From Bugula neritina (lineage: Eukaryota; Animalia; Bryozoa), in NCBI GenBank assembly GCA_964035545.1, contig OZ037767.1, forward strand, positions 15,132,998-15,196,997: 64,000 nucleotides of DNA, read 5' to 3'. This document shows positions 1-13,300 of this stretch, piece after piece. The translations under genes and the position numbers were made by a program. The notes beneath the pieces are model-generated. The model ran no database searches. It was given only the letters and a program-made list of their open reading frames with translations, and had not been told where the DNA came from. Numbering within the stretch: position 1 is the stretch's first letter; each line of letters starts with the position of its first letter.

Positions 1-321
1 GAAGTAAATCAATTCACTAAGTATAGTAAAATATTTACTATTCAGTAAGTTTATTTACTTTAGTTAATTGTACTTGATTATTTCTTTCGGTTTTTCAGTT
101 GATTTTTCTACCTTTTGCTATAGCATATCAAACTACCACAAAGTCATGCTTCCGTATTACAATTATAAACATAGTGTTACTGTGTAATGTTATAGTAATG
201 TAATAGTAATATTTGGATCATTGTAAGTATTTCTGTTGTTGTACTGATTGATAAATATTTTTTAGCTTGCATGGATATTTGCAACGATCAAGATGTCATT
301 TGAACCTGGACTGGAATAAAG

Positions 322-369
322 ATGGCAAATCGAGAAGCTAGCTACAATTATTCTGCAGAAAGAAACTTG
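322..369 (+). CDS. Candidate alternative first coding exon of CPEB1 (MANREASYNYSAERNL)
   Basis: ATG at 322, 16 open codons, strong GTAAGC donor at 370 in phase 0, compatible with the exon at 7617. An upstream tttttag acceptor lies at ~265. It could instead belong to another transcript. Confidence 0.3.
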
Positions 370-1110
370 GTAAGCAAAAATAAGCTGCAGCATTAAGCAG
401 TAAGCAATATGACGATGAACTTTGCTTGATTTTGATTGACCTTAAAATATCTGGTCACCTTTCACCAACGTGGTCCTGCGCGGGTGGCGGGTGACCTTAA
501 AATGTCTGTTGCACGTAAAATAAATTTTGTGACAGTCAAAAGTATGCTGATCTTTTTCGTATTTCAGTGCATCGGTGTCTTAGCTTAAGAGCTGAACCCA
601 ACAATTATGATCTAAAGCTGTTTTTTACTAGAAAGTGATTTTACTGTCTTTCTGATTATTCTTGGTTTTTCAGCTTGATGAATTGAATAAATGGATTTGA
701 TTTCGGGTATTATGTAATGGATGAAAGAAATTTTTCTTAAATTTGTACTGAGCAATTTTTGCTATTGCTATGATGTTTAGTGATAAAATTGCACCCTTAA
801 TAACCCTGAAAATTATCATTACTAGCATTTGTTTATGTTCATTTTTAGGAAATTAAAATGAAGACACAACTCACCGATGCTATCTCACTGTGCCTGCATG
901 CAGTTTATCTAAAAAGGTACTCCTATTAGCTGGCTCTTGCCCAATACCTGGTTGTCTCTGTAACTATTTTTTGCTCGCAGATGAGTTTTTGGAACTTGAC
1001 ATTTTATTGATTTTGAAAGTTATAGTGAGCTTTGAACTTGCTAGCATCGTTTTTAAAGACTTGCTGCAGTTTTTATCAACATTTTTTAAGTCAATGGTGT
1101 TAGTTTGGAA

Positions 1111-1418
1111 GCTCTCTCACTCCTCTCTCTGTCTCTTTCTCCCACACCTTCCACTCAACCTCTCTCTCTTTCTCCCCCTCTCTCCCACCCTTCCTCTCTC
1201 CCACCCTCCCTCTCTCCCACCCTCCCTCTCTCCCACCCTCCCTCTCTCCCACCCTCCCTCTCTCCCACCTTCTCCCTCTCCTAACCTTTCTCTCTTCCCT
1301 TTTCCACTATCTCTCTGACTCTCTCCCTTTCTCTCTTCTACCCCATCTCTCTTCCATCCTCTCTCCTAACCTTTCTCTCCCACCCCCCCCCCCCATCTCC
1401 CACTCTCTTTCTCTCTCT
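1111..1418. repeat. CT-rich low-complexity / degenerate tandem repeat
   Basis: Runs of ctctctcccaccctc. This explains the PSL-rich tail of ORF 890..1318. Confidence 0.85.
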
Positions 1419-4400
1419 AGTTTGCATGGCTTTACCCAATTTTGGTTTATTTTTTTATTTTGTTTCAGAGTATCCAAAAGGAAAGCTAAAATTTATTTAA
1501 TATATATTATACCAACTTGAGCTTTACATATAATATCAAATAAATGCTGTGTTTTGTTAAAACAATGTTTGCAACTTTGTAGTATATTCAAATTCATAAT
1601 TTATTTGTAGAGTCACACAACAAGACAGTACTCTGACACACTCACAAGTTGCCACTGATCCAGCAGTATAGATGATTGTTTTCTCCACTGGCTATGCTGT
1701 CACGCTTTACTGTTGTGGTGTTTGAAACAAACCAATTGTTTGCCTACGCAGATTAGGGTGAGAAAAAAAGTGAGAAATGAAAGCTGTTTTTAATACCATG
1801 ACTACACTTGGTTTTTATTGAATGAAAAACAAAGTGAAATCATTAGTTATCCGTTAAATGACTAAATCACTGTTTATAAAGATGAAACACAAATAATCTT
1901 ATAATATGCTAATGAAATTTGGCTTTCAAATAGCTTTTTTCTGTATATTTGTTGAGGAAGTTTATCTTCAACAAAACTTCGTAGCTGTTGAATATGTGGA
2001 GAGTATTTTATATTGCATAAATTTATAGAGTAAAAGGTTCTCATCAAACTTTTACAACTTAGCTCATCGACGGTTTAAAAGTGTGAGTCACCCTTCACAC
2101 TAGAGTTTTATAAAGTTTTAATGAATGTGCAGTATTTTATAAAATATTGTGTGTCTCGTAAATTTAGCTATTTCTACCTTTTCAGTGAGATTGGAGTAAA
2201 CACACCTCAAAATTCACATCTGGTATCACATTGATTTATCGCAAGTCAAAGTACACCTACTAACTCTTCCTTCCTTAATACCTGCTTGCTTTTGCACTTC
2301 TACTCATTTCATATACCTAACATTTCTCTTGCAGATGAATTACATCTTTTAAGTTGTAAAAGCCTTAAATAGCATGAAATTAATGAGGTTTAAACCGTGG
2401 CCACACTAACTATTGATGCGTTTATTGATGGGTTAAATTACACGAAAATATTGTCTCTTTCTTTTTAGTTTCACCTAAAGTATTACATACTATTGATGGA
2501 GGCTTTGCTGAAGTTTTTGGGTGATGATTTGTCAATAATTTTCCAGAGAAGATGATGCCACGGTGGCTGGCATCATTATGCAGTTTCCAAATTTCTTTCG
2601 GCTTTGCTCTAGTGAAAATGTTGGAAAACAATCAACAAAAAGCTTTGTACCATAAACGAAGTTATTGTGTGCGTGTTGTCAAAGCATAAAGTGTGCTGGA
2701 AATTTTTGGGTTTCTGTTGAGATGCGTTTTTGCTTTTCCTGCATGAAAAAAGTTCCAGTTTCAGTTAATATTAAGTTTCCAACTGTAATTAATTAGTTGA
2801 TTTGGCAGCATAGTATCGATGATTGATGAAGGCAGCCGATATAATTATAAGCATAAATATCTATATATCTACATGAAGATGCCATTCCCAATGATTGTTA
2901 TTCTGAAATCAGCTGATTAAGTTATCACAAACTAAACATTTTGACCAGCGGCTTGCAATGCAACTCGGTGAAATTTCAGACCTAGATAAATTGAATTTCT
3001 TACTGAAAATCGTGAAGGTATTAAAGTTTAAAGTGAAAGTTTGAAGGGTCATCTCTCTGCGAATTCTAATAGCATGGTGCCAATTAGACTTGAAAAAATT
3101 TCAAGGCACTACAAAGCACTAAGCCCATTCTTACAAGTAGTTTCAAAGTGCACTGGAATTTCAGTTTACTTGTCATTGTATAGAATCCTGATCTACACTA
3201 TATAGCATTCACTATTGCCTGCTTCTTCTAAGCATCTATAATGTATTAACTACAGTTTGCTTTGAGAAGTGAATTTCTACTTGGTATTTTTTCCTTATCG
3301 TTCTGTTGTTTGCCAGTAGTCTTAATTTAATGGATTTTCCCTTTTCAAAAGTGGTTGTGACAATCAAAACACATCATGCAGCCTGCAACTACACAATCAG
3401 TCGGTAATTTCTTCCATTAAAGTAGCTCTTCTGGTTACTCTTGCTCACCTAAAAGCCTGAGCCTCATTCAAATTGCAATTTCTTAGAGTTGTTAGTTTTT
3501 CATGCAGTCTTTCATTTTTTTTTGTTAGGCACAAAATTAGTATTCACTAGACCTAATCTTTCATCTGCATGTATGCCTATTGTTTGTTCATTAAAGAAAA
3601 ACCTCTGCTGAATATTGAACTAATAATGAAAATAAATTCCCTAAACTAAAAGTAGCAGTGTGATTTTGGTATTACAATTAGTTGTTAGCATAGAGTCAAG
3701 TTATTGACAGGAAGTTTCAAATTGAAATGAATGAATTTCATTGTAAGTCAGCAAGATTTAGTCTAAGTAAACATAGCATTACATCGTGTTTTATTTAGCA
3801 TTTGCAGAAGGCAACATATATTTTAAGGATTATTGTAAACTTAAATGTAATTTTAAGTACTTTCCATGTTTGGTATTGTAGATGGTCTTGTTCTTTGGGA
3901 TGGATGTGACAACTCCTTGTGTCAAGCTTAACTGATTGACTACTGAATCCCAATCATATGTTTTGCCGAAAAATGTGAAAATGGAGTGCATGTCTACTTT
4001 ATTTGAGAAAATATTAAAATTACTTTTGAAACTTCATCTAGCCAAACAATACAACAGTTTCATTTCATTAAAAAATATCATTTGCACAAAAATGTATTAT
4101 GTAATCGAACAATTTCTAGAAAAAAGTGCTTTCCTCCAGTTTTGCTAATGAACTACATTTTTCATTATATGCTTGTCTTCATAATTTTAATAATTGTTTT
4201 TTCTGGTGAGTCAATTAAAGTCAATTTAACCTAGAAAAGTCTGAATTTCAGACTTAATTTCAAGCTAGAATATTCACATTTTTAGGTCTGCGTTTGCAAA
4301 CATTGTTGTGTTACTTTACTTTTTTATATTTTTTGAAATAAATATCTTTTTAGCTTGTGCCTATTCATGATTAGAATAGTATAATAATATTTAACTTTTC

Positions 4401-4695
4401 TTCAATTTCAATAGATGAAAATGTTGATCAGTTGGAGTATTCAGTTTAGCTGAATTTTACTTGCTTTTGCGAAAACAATCTTTTGGAGTTGTCTGCCCTC
4501 TCTTTAGGTAATTTTTTGACCTATGGTCAACGCAAAAATTATAACTTTTTAAAGATGCTTGTGAACCTAACAATATAGCATAACTATCAAACCACATTAT
4601 TCAATATCTGCATAAAATTTAGCCGATAAGCTGCCACCCAATGAGCTTGAAAAGATATTAGAATACTAGCTCAGTGCTGCCATCAATGTAGATAT

Positions 4696-4755
4696 TTATA
4701 ATGATATAAAGCCAAAACTCATTATTTATAATGATATAAAGCCAAAACTCATTAT
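4696..4755. repeat. Tandem duplication of about 30 bp
   Basis: atttataatgatataaagccaaaactcatt occurs twice in tandem. Confidence 0.8.
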
Positions 4756-7338
4756 TGCATGAAATTATCTAACCATTCCTGACAAAGAATCGAGATAATA
4801 ACTCCAAAGTTGGTCAGTTGAAACCACAGCAATAATACTTTAATTGTTATAATTGTCAGGTTTAATTTTATACCAAGCCCCAATAAGTACATATAACTAT
4901 GACAACACAGCCTAAGCACCTCCAATGCAAGAAATTTAGTATTGTGGTGCTGCAAATCCTCCAGTTACAAATGAGTAGAGCTTTCATGATTATTGGTCTA
5001 CCATAATGTTTATTTAGTTTTAAGGACTAGCATAAATGCTATTATATGCGGGAGGTATTTGAAAAGCTTCCAACTCCATCTTCAACTACGGGCTATTATA
5101 ATTATGCCGATAAACGAGATACTACACTCAGACTGCCCTGTTATAGTACTATGATTGGCTACTGCAAAATTTTTGCCGATAGACAACATTTAATTATGAT
5201 GTAATGTATCTCGTATTGGTACATAAGTGTTATGTCTGAGGACGAGATACTGTGAAATTATGCCCTGTTTTGTTATTAGAAAATTAGCTCACATTAATTG
5301 TAAAACATAATCTGTTTTGTTTCACAAAAAGAAACAATTTAGCTTGCATTACAACTATGTTGTTCTTTTTATTGCCATTACATATTATAATTTGTAGTTC
5401 ATCAAAAATAGCTTTTAATGGAGAAAAAGCATAAAGCCTGGTGTGTCAGCCATTTTACACAATATTCTTATTGACTATTTAGCTATAAGCTGTTGGTCAT
5501 CTGGCTTTCATGTAGCTTTAACCTAAATACCTGGCTTGTGCTAACTCATTAGTTTGAGTAATTTTTAGAGATTAGACAAATCCAAGAAGTGCATAATAAA
5601 ATTTTGTGCAACATTTACGCAAACATGCAGTTATAAGCTATAAAAAATAAGTATACTAAAGATATACAGTGATTTCAAAATATTCTACCATAATTTCTTA
5701 TACTGCAGTATGTCATAGCATTCATTTCAACCGTGGCAAAAAATTATAAATACACTTTTCTATTACGATAATTAATCCTAAGTTTTTGAATTTAAAATGT
5801 TTTCAATGTAGGAAATGTCCAACATTGAAAACGATTTATATTTAGAAATGAAAAAAATTGTATAATTTACATATGATCAATGACAAAATGCTGCAGCCAT
5901 GGCAATATAAATTTAATAAATGCAAATTTGTAATACAATTGTATATAATAATAATGGCTGCATGTGGTAGCCTACCTTCAGGATGTAATAAAGTAAGACT
6001 AATAAGATGCAAACAGAAAATATAAAGAAAACCATGCAGACTGCAGTATCAAATAAGTTTCTCAAAGTATCTCATGTTTTACAAGAATCAAGCATATAAC
6101 AACAAAAGTCTAATTCTATCATTTTTTCAAATGAGAGAAATTATTGGTAAAATATGCACTGTGCCTACTCTAAGCGTGCTCTCACTGACTGCAAGCATAA
6201 TCTACTCAAGATCTATACCTTTTCTATAACAAACTCTATAAATACTCTGTACTTACTCTATACATATTCTATACACACCACACAAACTATATATACATAA
6301 CCTGCATCTATGCTATACCATAATCTATATATTATATTTGACATATTATAATCTATACACTCAATCAACTTCTGTTCTATATATTATTTGAAATACAACA
6401 GTTTTTTTGTAAATTTGAGGGTGTCATTCTAGTTTAATGCTTGGCTTATAAATTCCCCACTTGGACTATTTATTTATTTTGTTACAATATATGTATTTTG
6501 TTTAGGGTTTGGGGTTTGGGAAGCCTCTAACTGGGATGAAACAAATTGAGACTGCATAACTTGTCTATATATCTATAAATAATTCACTACACAAAAATTA
6601 TCCGGTGTGTCCCAAACACAATCAAGTTTGCTCATTTTTTGTCAAAACAATCTTTAACTTTAAGCTATATCAACTGACTTTAACAGAATATACAGCTGAT
6701 TTGTAGGAACAGTTGAGTTAGTATTTTAAAGCTGTGTTTATTTAATAACGAACTTTATGCTCTACGGTATAATATGGTATATCAAAATATTTTAATGCAT
6801 GTTAAAAGCTATATAATATATATATTATTCCAACTCTAGCCACGCAAATGAATTGAGGTTGCATAAAATATGTCCCATAAATTATATTTTATCATTTATT
6901 TACATGTTTCAAACATATATAATTAATATCATTTAAAGTACGGAATGTCCTAGAACATTTTCATTACATTACTTTTTACCTAAACAGTTTTAAAAACAAA
7001 GCTCAGCCTAAAGCTAAAATATTAACTTATTCACAAGCCTTTTTTTGGCTTCATTGATATTGCTTACAAAAATTTAACTATAGTCATTTCCAATATGTGT
7101 ATAAGAGATTAGACTTATGCACAGCCCAACAAGCTAACAGCTGGTTACAAAAGCTACAGCTAGCTAAAAGCTATCTTCCCACCAACTACCATAAAAGCAT
7201 GACTTCTTAGACATGTTTTCATTGGAGTTACCAATCCGTATCTGAAGAGTGCCAGCTGACCAGCCTGTTTTTTTTGCTTGAAATTTATACTTGTTTTAGC
7301 TAGTTTTACCTAAATAGTCTTTATACTCAAATTACATA

Positions 7339-10300
7339 ATGGTAAGTTATTTTAAAGTATTATTTGCTGTTAAATTTTGTCTTTTAATCACAAATTAATA
7401 TTTTCTGCTGATTGGTCTTGTATGTACTTGTTGACCATTTTTATCTCAATTTTTTATTACATTTTTATTTTATTTGAGGTTTACAAAACACTTGATTACA
7501 TTTTTATTAAATATTTTTATTGCCATGGCAACAGTCTATTTTTTTATTTTTTATGCTTACTTTGATAATATAATTGAAGTTATTCTACAGCTAACATGCA
7601 TGTTTTGATTTTTCAGAATGAAAATTTCAGTAAAGTACTCCGAAGTGCAGGGGAAGGTAATTCCCTTCCAAATCCAAACCACCATCCCAGTGGATCTTTT
7701 ATCACCAATGAATCGACGACTCCACCAGGTAGTGTTAAATTGTAGCACTAAATTTTACTAAACATTGATTATACTAAATATCTTGTTGCATAGAAATCTT
7801 TAGTATTTTCAGAATTAAGGAGCAGCTGTGGTCTAGGGATTAGAGCGGTGGCCTAGTAAGCACAAAGTCATAGGTTCGAACCCCAGTAAAGGCCATTGTG
7901 ATGTTATGATTATGATTATATACTCCTGTGTCACTTATGAATAAGTCCTTAGCTTGCTTTAAAACAAACCTTTCCATCAGGGGTTTCTCCCAGGAATAGT
8001 GACTATAAACTATAAAAAAAAATTAATAGATACTTGACTGTTTCTAAATTTAAACTTGTAATTTATGCAGGCTGTGGGCTGGGATCATTTGCTTCCAGTA
8101 TTACTAACAACATGGTGTACAGTCACTGGAATGACTCTGTCAATGGTAGTAGAGTTAGGCAATTGGCTGGTAAGAATAAATAATCAAACTATCATTTAGG
8201 TGCAGTAGTGGAGAAATTGAAATAGCCTTAGCTCTTTATATTTCTTTATAGAATTTGGTTTGGGGTGCGGTTGAAACATAACCCTTTTTTACTTCATTTC
8301 TAATCTAAAACACAGGCTTTTCTCAATTTTTCATCAATGCACCTACCTCTTGTAGTCATAAGAAAGTCAATTTGGAGAAAAGTTTATTTTAGACTTTATA
8401 ATTCACAACTACCATGATGTTGTATTGTCAGCTGATGATGTTGTATTGTCAGGTGAAGGAAAACCTAATGGGCTGGACTCTTTGGATCAGAATTTTAACA
8501 CCACTGCTGTGAGAAGACTGCAGGACTTCCTGCAACTGTACCATGCAGCAGAGGCTAATGCTCTTATCAACCAGCTAGTGCAGAATATGCCACCTTTTCA
8601 GCAATCTTCGGGTAATGGTGGACTTTCGCAAAACCTCGCACCTCCTGGAAGGTTGCTGAATGCACTCAGTTTGGTAAGCAGTACAGAATACAGTTTGTAA
8701 ATTTTATAACTAGTTTTTGTATTGTTAGCAAAATTATCATTCTGTGGTTTAATTGTGATTTCTCAGTAGTCCATGTAGTTTTAAAGAGGACTGCGGTTCC
8801 ATCTTTGGTGTGGCAGAATTTTTTTACAGATTTCAAAGATTTTTTTTCACAATTTTATAACAATTTATGATTAAAAAATAGGAAGATGAACTACTTTTCG
8901 TAGTTTATTAGTTATAATAAGTTTCTATGCCACCTGTAGTTTCTCTAACAGATGCTGCATGCATAAGGACATATGAAAATCATTTAATAAGTTGCAAGTA
9001 AAACTAGATGAACAAAATATATTATAATGCTATTTTTCAGTATAGAGTGTTTGACAAAGTTTTCAAATCGTCTTTGAAACCTAAAAGAATTCGTTATAAC
9101 ATGTTTCAGAGTACAGAAGGAGATGCTTCTGCAATTTATCCTTCCTCCCAGCAGTCTAAATCCCCGACTCTCATCAGAGGGACTTATTCCAACCGAGTGC
9201 TGGAACACCACTATTTGCCGGCCAGCAGTACTTCCACTCACTCCCCCAACGACTCCGGTGCTGAAGGAACATTTAGTAGTGGAGTTGGGGGGCCGCCATC
9301 CTCTACCAACATTTACGATAGCCAAGAAGACTGTGTCTGCGAAAATCACAGCTACACTAACCAGGCTGACAAGCTTCAGGGAAAAGAAAATCAAATTGAG
9401 AAGTAAGTTTTTGATTTAAATTATTTATTAAAAAGTAGGGAAACTCTTAAAACATTTAGAAAACTAAGGAAATCTGGAAAAATATTTTTGTAAAAATAAA
9501 ATTTAACAAGAAAATGTATAACAGTTTAAATCATACACCAAAGTCAATTAAAAAAAACATTGCTTGAAAAAGAAAGAAATGTCTTTTGATGAGCAATGCA
9601 AGATTAAATTTGTTTTCTGGAAACAACACTGTAAAACACATGCAGTATCATTTATGTCAATCTGTGGTAGGTCTATGACTCATCTTTAACTAATGCTCCA
9701 ACATCTGTGGTCTGGGTTCACCTGCACCCAAAGATGTAAGCATGCTTCTGTGTTTCAGGTGGCCAATGAATCCCGTTATGAGCTCCACCATTCTGGATAA
9801 CAAGTACATTCCAGACTGCCCCCAGAGGATCGCCAACAACAGCGCTCGCTCAAGGTTTATGGAGATGCCAAGTTCTCTGTTTGAAAGCAAGGCAAGCTCT
9901 GAGAATAGTGGAGAGTTTATTTTTGGTAACAAAGCTTCTAACACGGGCATTGCATCATGCAGTTCTGCATCCGAAGGAAGCCTATCCAATAAGAGGAAGT
10001 ACCAGAGCTCCAGCTCAGACGACTTGGAGTACAGTCTTTGGGTAAATAATTTTAGAAAGTACAGAGGCAAAGATTTTTTGAATGTAGAATTAGAGTTTAT
10101 TTTGTGGACTCAGAGTACTTTGTTTGGGCACTATTAAGCATAAAACTTTACAAAAAATATTTAACCTTTATGCTGCAGCAATGAGTATAATTGTCATTTC
10201 ATTTGTTGATTTTCTGTTTTCGAAGATATTAAACGTTCTTATGCTTATGCAACGTGGCATATAATTTCTACTAAACGCAATAAAAAGCTGCCTCCGTATT

Positions 10301-13300
10301 ATAAGTATATTCGCGATGCTCAGTTTTGACGAAGTTCTGTTGTCCTTTAAATAGGGGCTATAAAGTTTCACTGGCTCGTATCTTTTTACAGGGGAAGCTG
10401 AACTTAAGTAACCCACTAGTTTCTAAGCCCGAAAGTGTAGTACATGAAATACAGAAAGAAGATGGCACGTTCTTCCGCTACAACACCAAGTAGGCAATTT
10501 CAAGTGTCTAAACAAAGTACAAACTGTTTTAATTATCATGCATTGTGCTTATCACTCAAGATCTCATTATATTGCCTTTAACATCTTTTGAAACCGTGAC
10601 AAAGTCAATGTGATACTGAGTTTATTAAACGCGCAAGGCCTACATTTATTTATATTAATTATTTCTTGTGTCTTCTCTTACTCTTTTAGTAAAGGAATGC
10701 CTTTAGAAACTATTGGTGAAGATTTTGACACACCCAGGGCTCCCATAGGTAAACTTTATTTTACTTTTTAAAAAATTGCAATTGCCTTGTCATCATGAAC
10801 AGAAACAAACTTGCTTAAATCCTCATTTACCCAGAAACTGAAAGTATAAGAATGTCTTACAGAGCTAATGATTGTATTCTATTAAATTGTGTTTCTATAG
10901 AACCTTGCTAAAGGAACATTCTAGAATAAAGCAGCATGTGATGTGTACCTCACTAAAGATTTTCAGATTTTTTTAGAAAGTGACAAACCTGAACTTTGAA
11001 ATTCTACTGAATACACATTTAGCTATCTGGTATAAATATGTGCTTCAAACACCATACATGCTGTACTATAGTTAATTCCAAATGTTTATACCTACTTGAA
11101 ATTTCTTACTGAATTTGTTTCTTATTCTCCCAGGTGATGTAAGGGGAAGAAATAACGCTAACCAGTACCGAGGTAGACTCAGGCCCTCTGTCAACTTGAA
11201 CCCAATGTACGACGTCTTAGCTCCGCCTACAGATATTGACATTGCTGCTGAGCTGCACAGGCATTCTGCCCGTGAGTGATTAAGCAAAATTGATTTAAAG
11301 AAATTTGAATTATGACTTGCTATTGCTAATATTACACTTAGTAAACCTTTGGGTCATTTAATGAAAGCTTTTGTTATAATTACTAAAAATGCTATTGAAA
11401 TTTATGCTCATGATTCACTTCTATTGCTTAATCTACATAAAAGTTTTTGTTGTGCTTGGAAGAATTATATAAACTTCCACAGTTGAAGTTTTTAGCATTT
11501 ATTTTTAAATTTGCCTTCTGAAATTTTACTAATTTATATGATTAGGATTCGGTTTTAGGAGAGGTTTTTGGTGCACTCGACAAAATTATTAACTCCAAAA
11601 ACTTATAATCTTCAGCAGTTGAAGTTCTTATAGTTATTTTCAAGTTTTGTTCTCTGGAATTTTAGCTATGAATGCTGCCTCTTACACCTGGAGTGGTGAG
11701 CTGCCACTAGTTTTTTACGGAGATCCACATTACTCTTGCAAAGTGTTTCTCGGTGGAGTTCCTTGGGACATCACCGAATGTGACCTCAGAGTGGCCTTCA
11801 GACAGTTTGGTAAAGTTCAGGTTGAATTTCCGGGGAAGTCCGGCACTCTGAAATACCCAAAGTTTGCTTGCAAGGGCAGACAGTGCAGCTACGAAGGCGC
11901 ACCAAGCTCATCTTGCTGTGGTAAGTAATGCATTATAGTCGGTGTTTATGCTGCGGTTATCATTGTCGCATTATAACTAAAACCGTATAAATGGGACTGC
12001 GACATTCTGTTGTAATCTGGTATGGAATTTTGAGGTATTGTTCTAAAGCAGCAATGTCTTGGTACAAGAACCTAAATAGATTGACACCCAACTAAATTTG
12101 TAGGCGGCAAAACCATGGAGAACAAATTGTTACATATCAGACATCTACATGTGTTCCAAAGAATACTTGAGTATATATTATATAATGTGTTTCAAAGAGT
12201 ACTTAAGTATATATAATGTATTTCAAAGGATACTTAAGTATATATAATGTATTTCAAAGGGTACTTGTACGTCATCTTTGAGAGTGATGAGATGGTGAAA
12301 GCCATGCTGAACGCCTGCAAGAAGCATGAGTCATACGAAGGAAAATACTACCACGTTGTTTCCAGCCGAAAGCTAAAGCACAAGGAGGTACAATATGGAT
12401 ACTATTGGCCAATTGTATGCAGAAAGGATATTATTTTGTAAGCTTTTTACATGTTTTAGAGTATCATTTACTTTCTGCCAGGTACAAGTAATTCCATGGG
12501 CGATTGAAGGAAGCGACTATATGTCTAGACGCGGTTACGCCGACTCTAAATACCCGGCTAAGCTAAGCACAGACACCACAATATTTGTGGGAGCTCTGCA
12601 TGGTATGCTGAACGCGGAAGGACTAGCCTGTGTTATGGAAGAACTGTTTGGCCCAGTCATCTATGCCAGCATTGACACGGACAAACACAAATACCCAATT
12701 GGTAGGAGCTTAATCTATGTTTTGACACAATTTTTGGACTTCTTTAAACATGCAGCTGGTGTTAGGATATCAATTGATATGCTTTTCTTGAACTTGTTCC
12801 CAATTTCAGCTCTATTATCATTACATTGTAAACTATTTATGCTTTATCTATTATATATCATGCCATGCCTTGTTATTTTACTATAAATGCATTGATGTTT
12901 GCAATATCTGTAATATTGTAACTTATAAGTACACTGTTTGTATACTGTCAACACCCTATTAGATTTCATTGATATATTACACAGTATGAATAATTTAATA
13001 GCAGAACGTGGCTGTATCTGTTGTAGGTTCTGGCCGTGTGACTTTCAGCTGCCATGACAGCTACAGAAATGCACTTGGCGCTGCTTTTGTGGAAATAAAA
13101 ACCCCAAAGTTTACTAAAAAAGTATTTACCACGTAAACATGCTCCATAACTGTTCTAGTGGTCACATTTATGTTTTTGTGTAAATTGTTATAATATATTT
13201 AATTGCATTTTTGGTTTAAATTACTAAATATTTGAATTTTGCAAACTTGTAGTGCAATTATGAAGCTAAACTGTGTATTTTACTTGAATGATTTGCAGGT

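Noticed and set aside
453-516. HDV-like (CPEB3-type) ribozyme in a CPEB intron
   Set aside because: P1-like and P2-like pairings exist, but L3 has the wrong length, there is no P1.1 GG, no P4 and no catalytic C-x-A J4/2 motif.
890-1318. 142-aa ORF
   Set aside because: GTG start and largely a translation of a CT-rich low-complexity tract.
7202-7250. Degenerate hammerhead on the minus strand (ATTGG/CCAAT stem followed by GAAAACATGTC)
   Set aside because: The first core box reads CAGATAC instead of CTGANGA, so it cannot be supported as a ribozyme.
7819-7895. tRNA gene
   Set aside because: A and B boxes are present but there is no convincing cloverleaf, and it continues into a repeated body with an A tail. 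It is a SINE head.
8984-10070. Antisense and alternate-frame ORFs over CPEB1 exons (also those over gene A, gene B and ANK exons)
   Set aside because: Shadows of real coding exons with no independent motifs or splice support.
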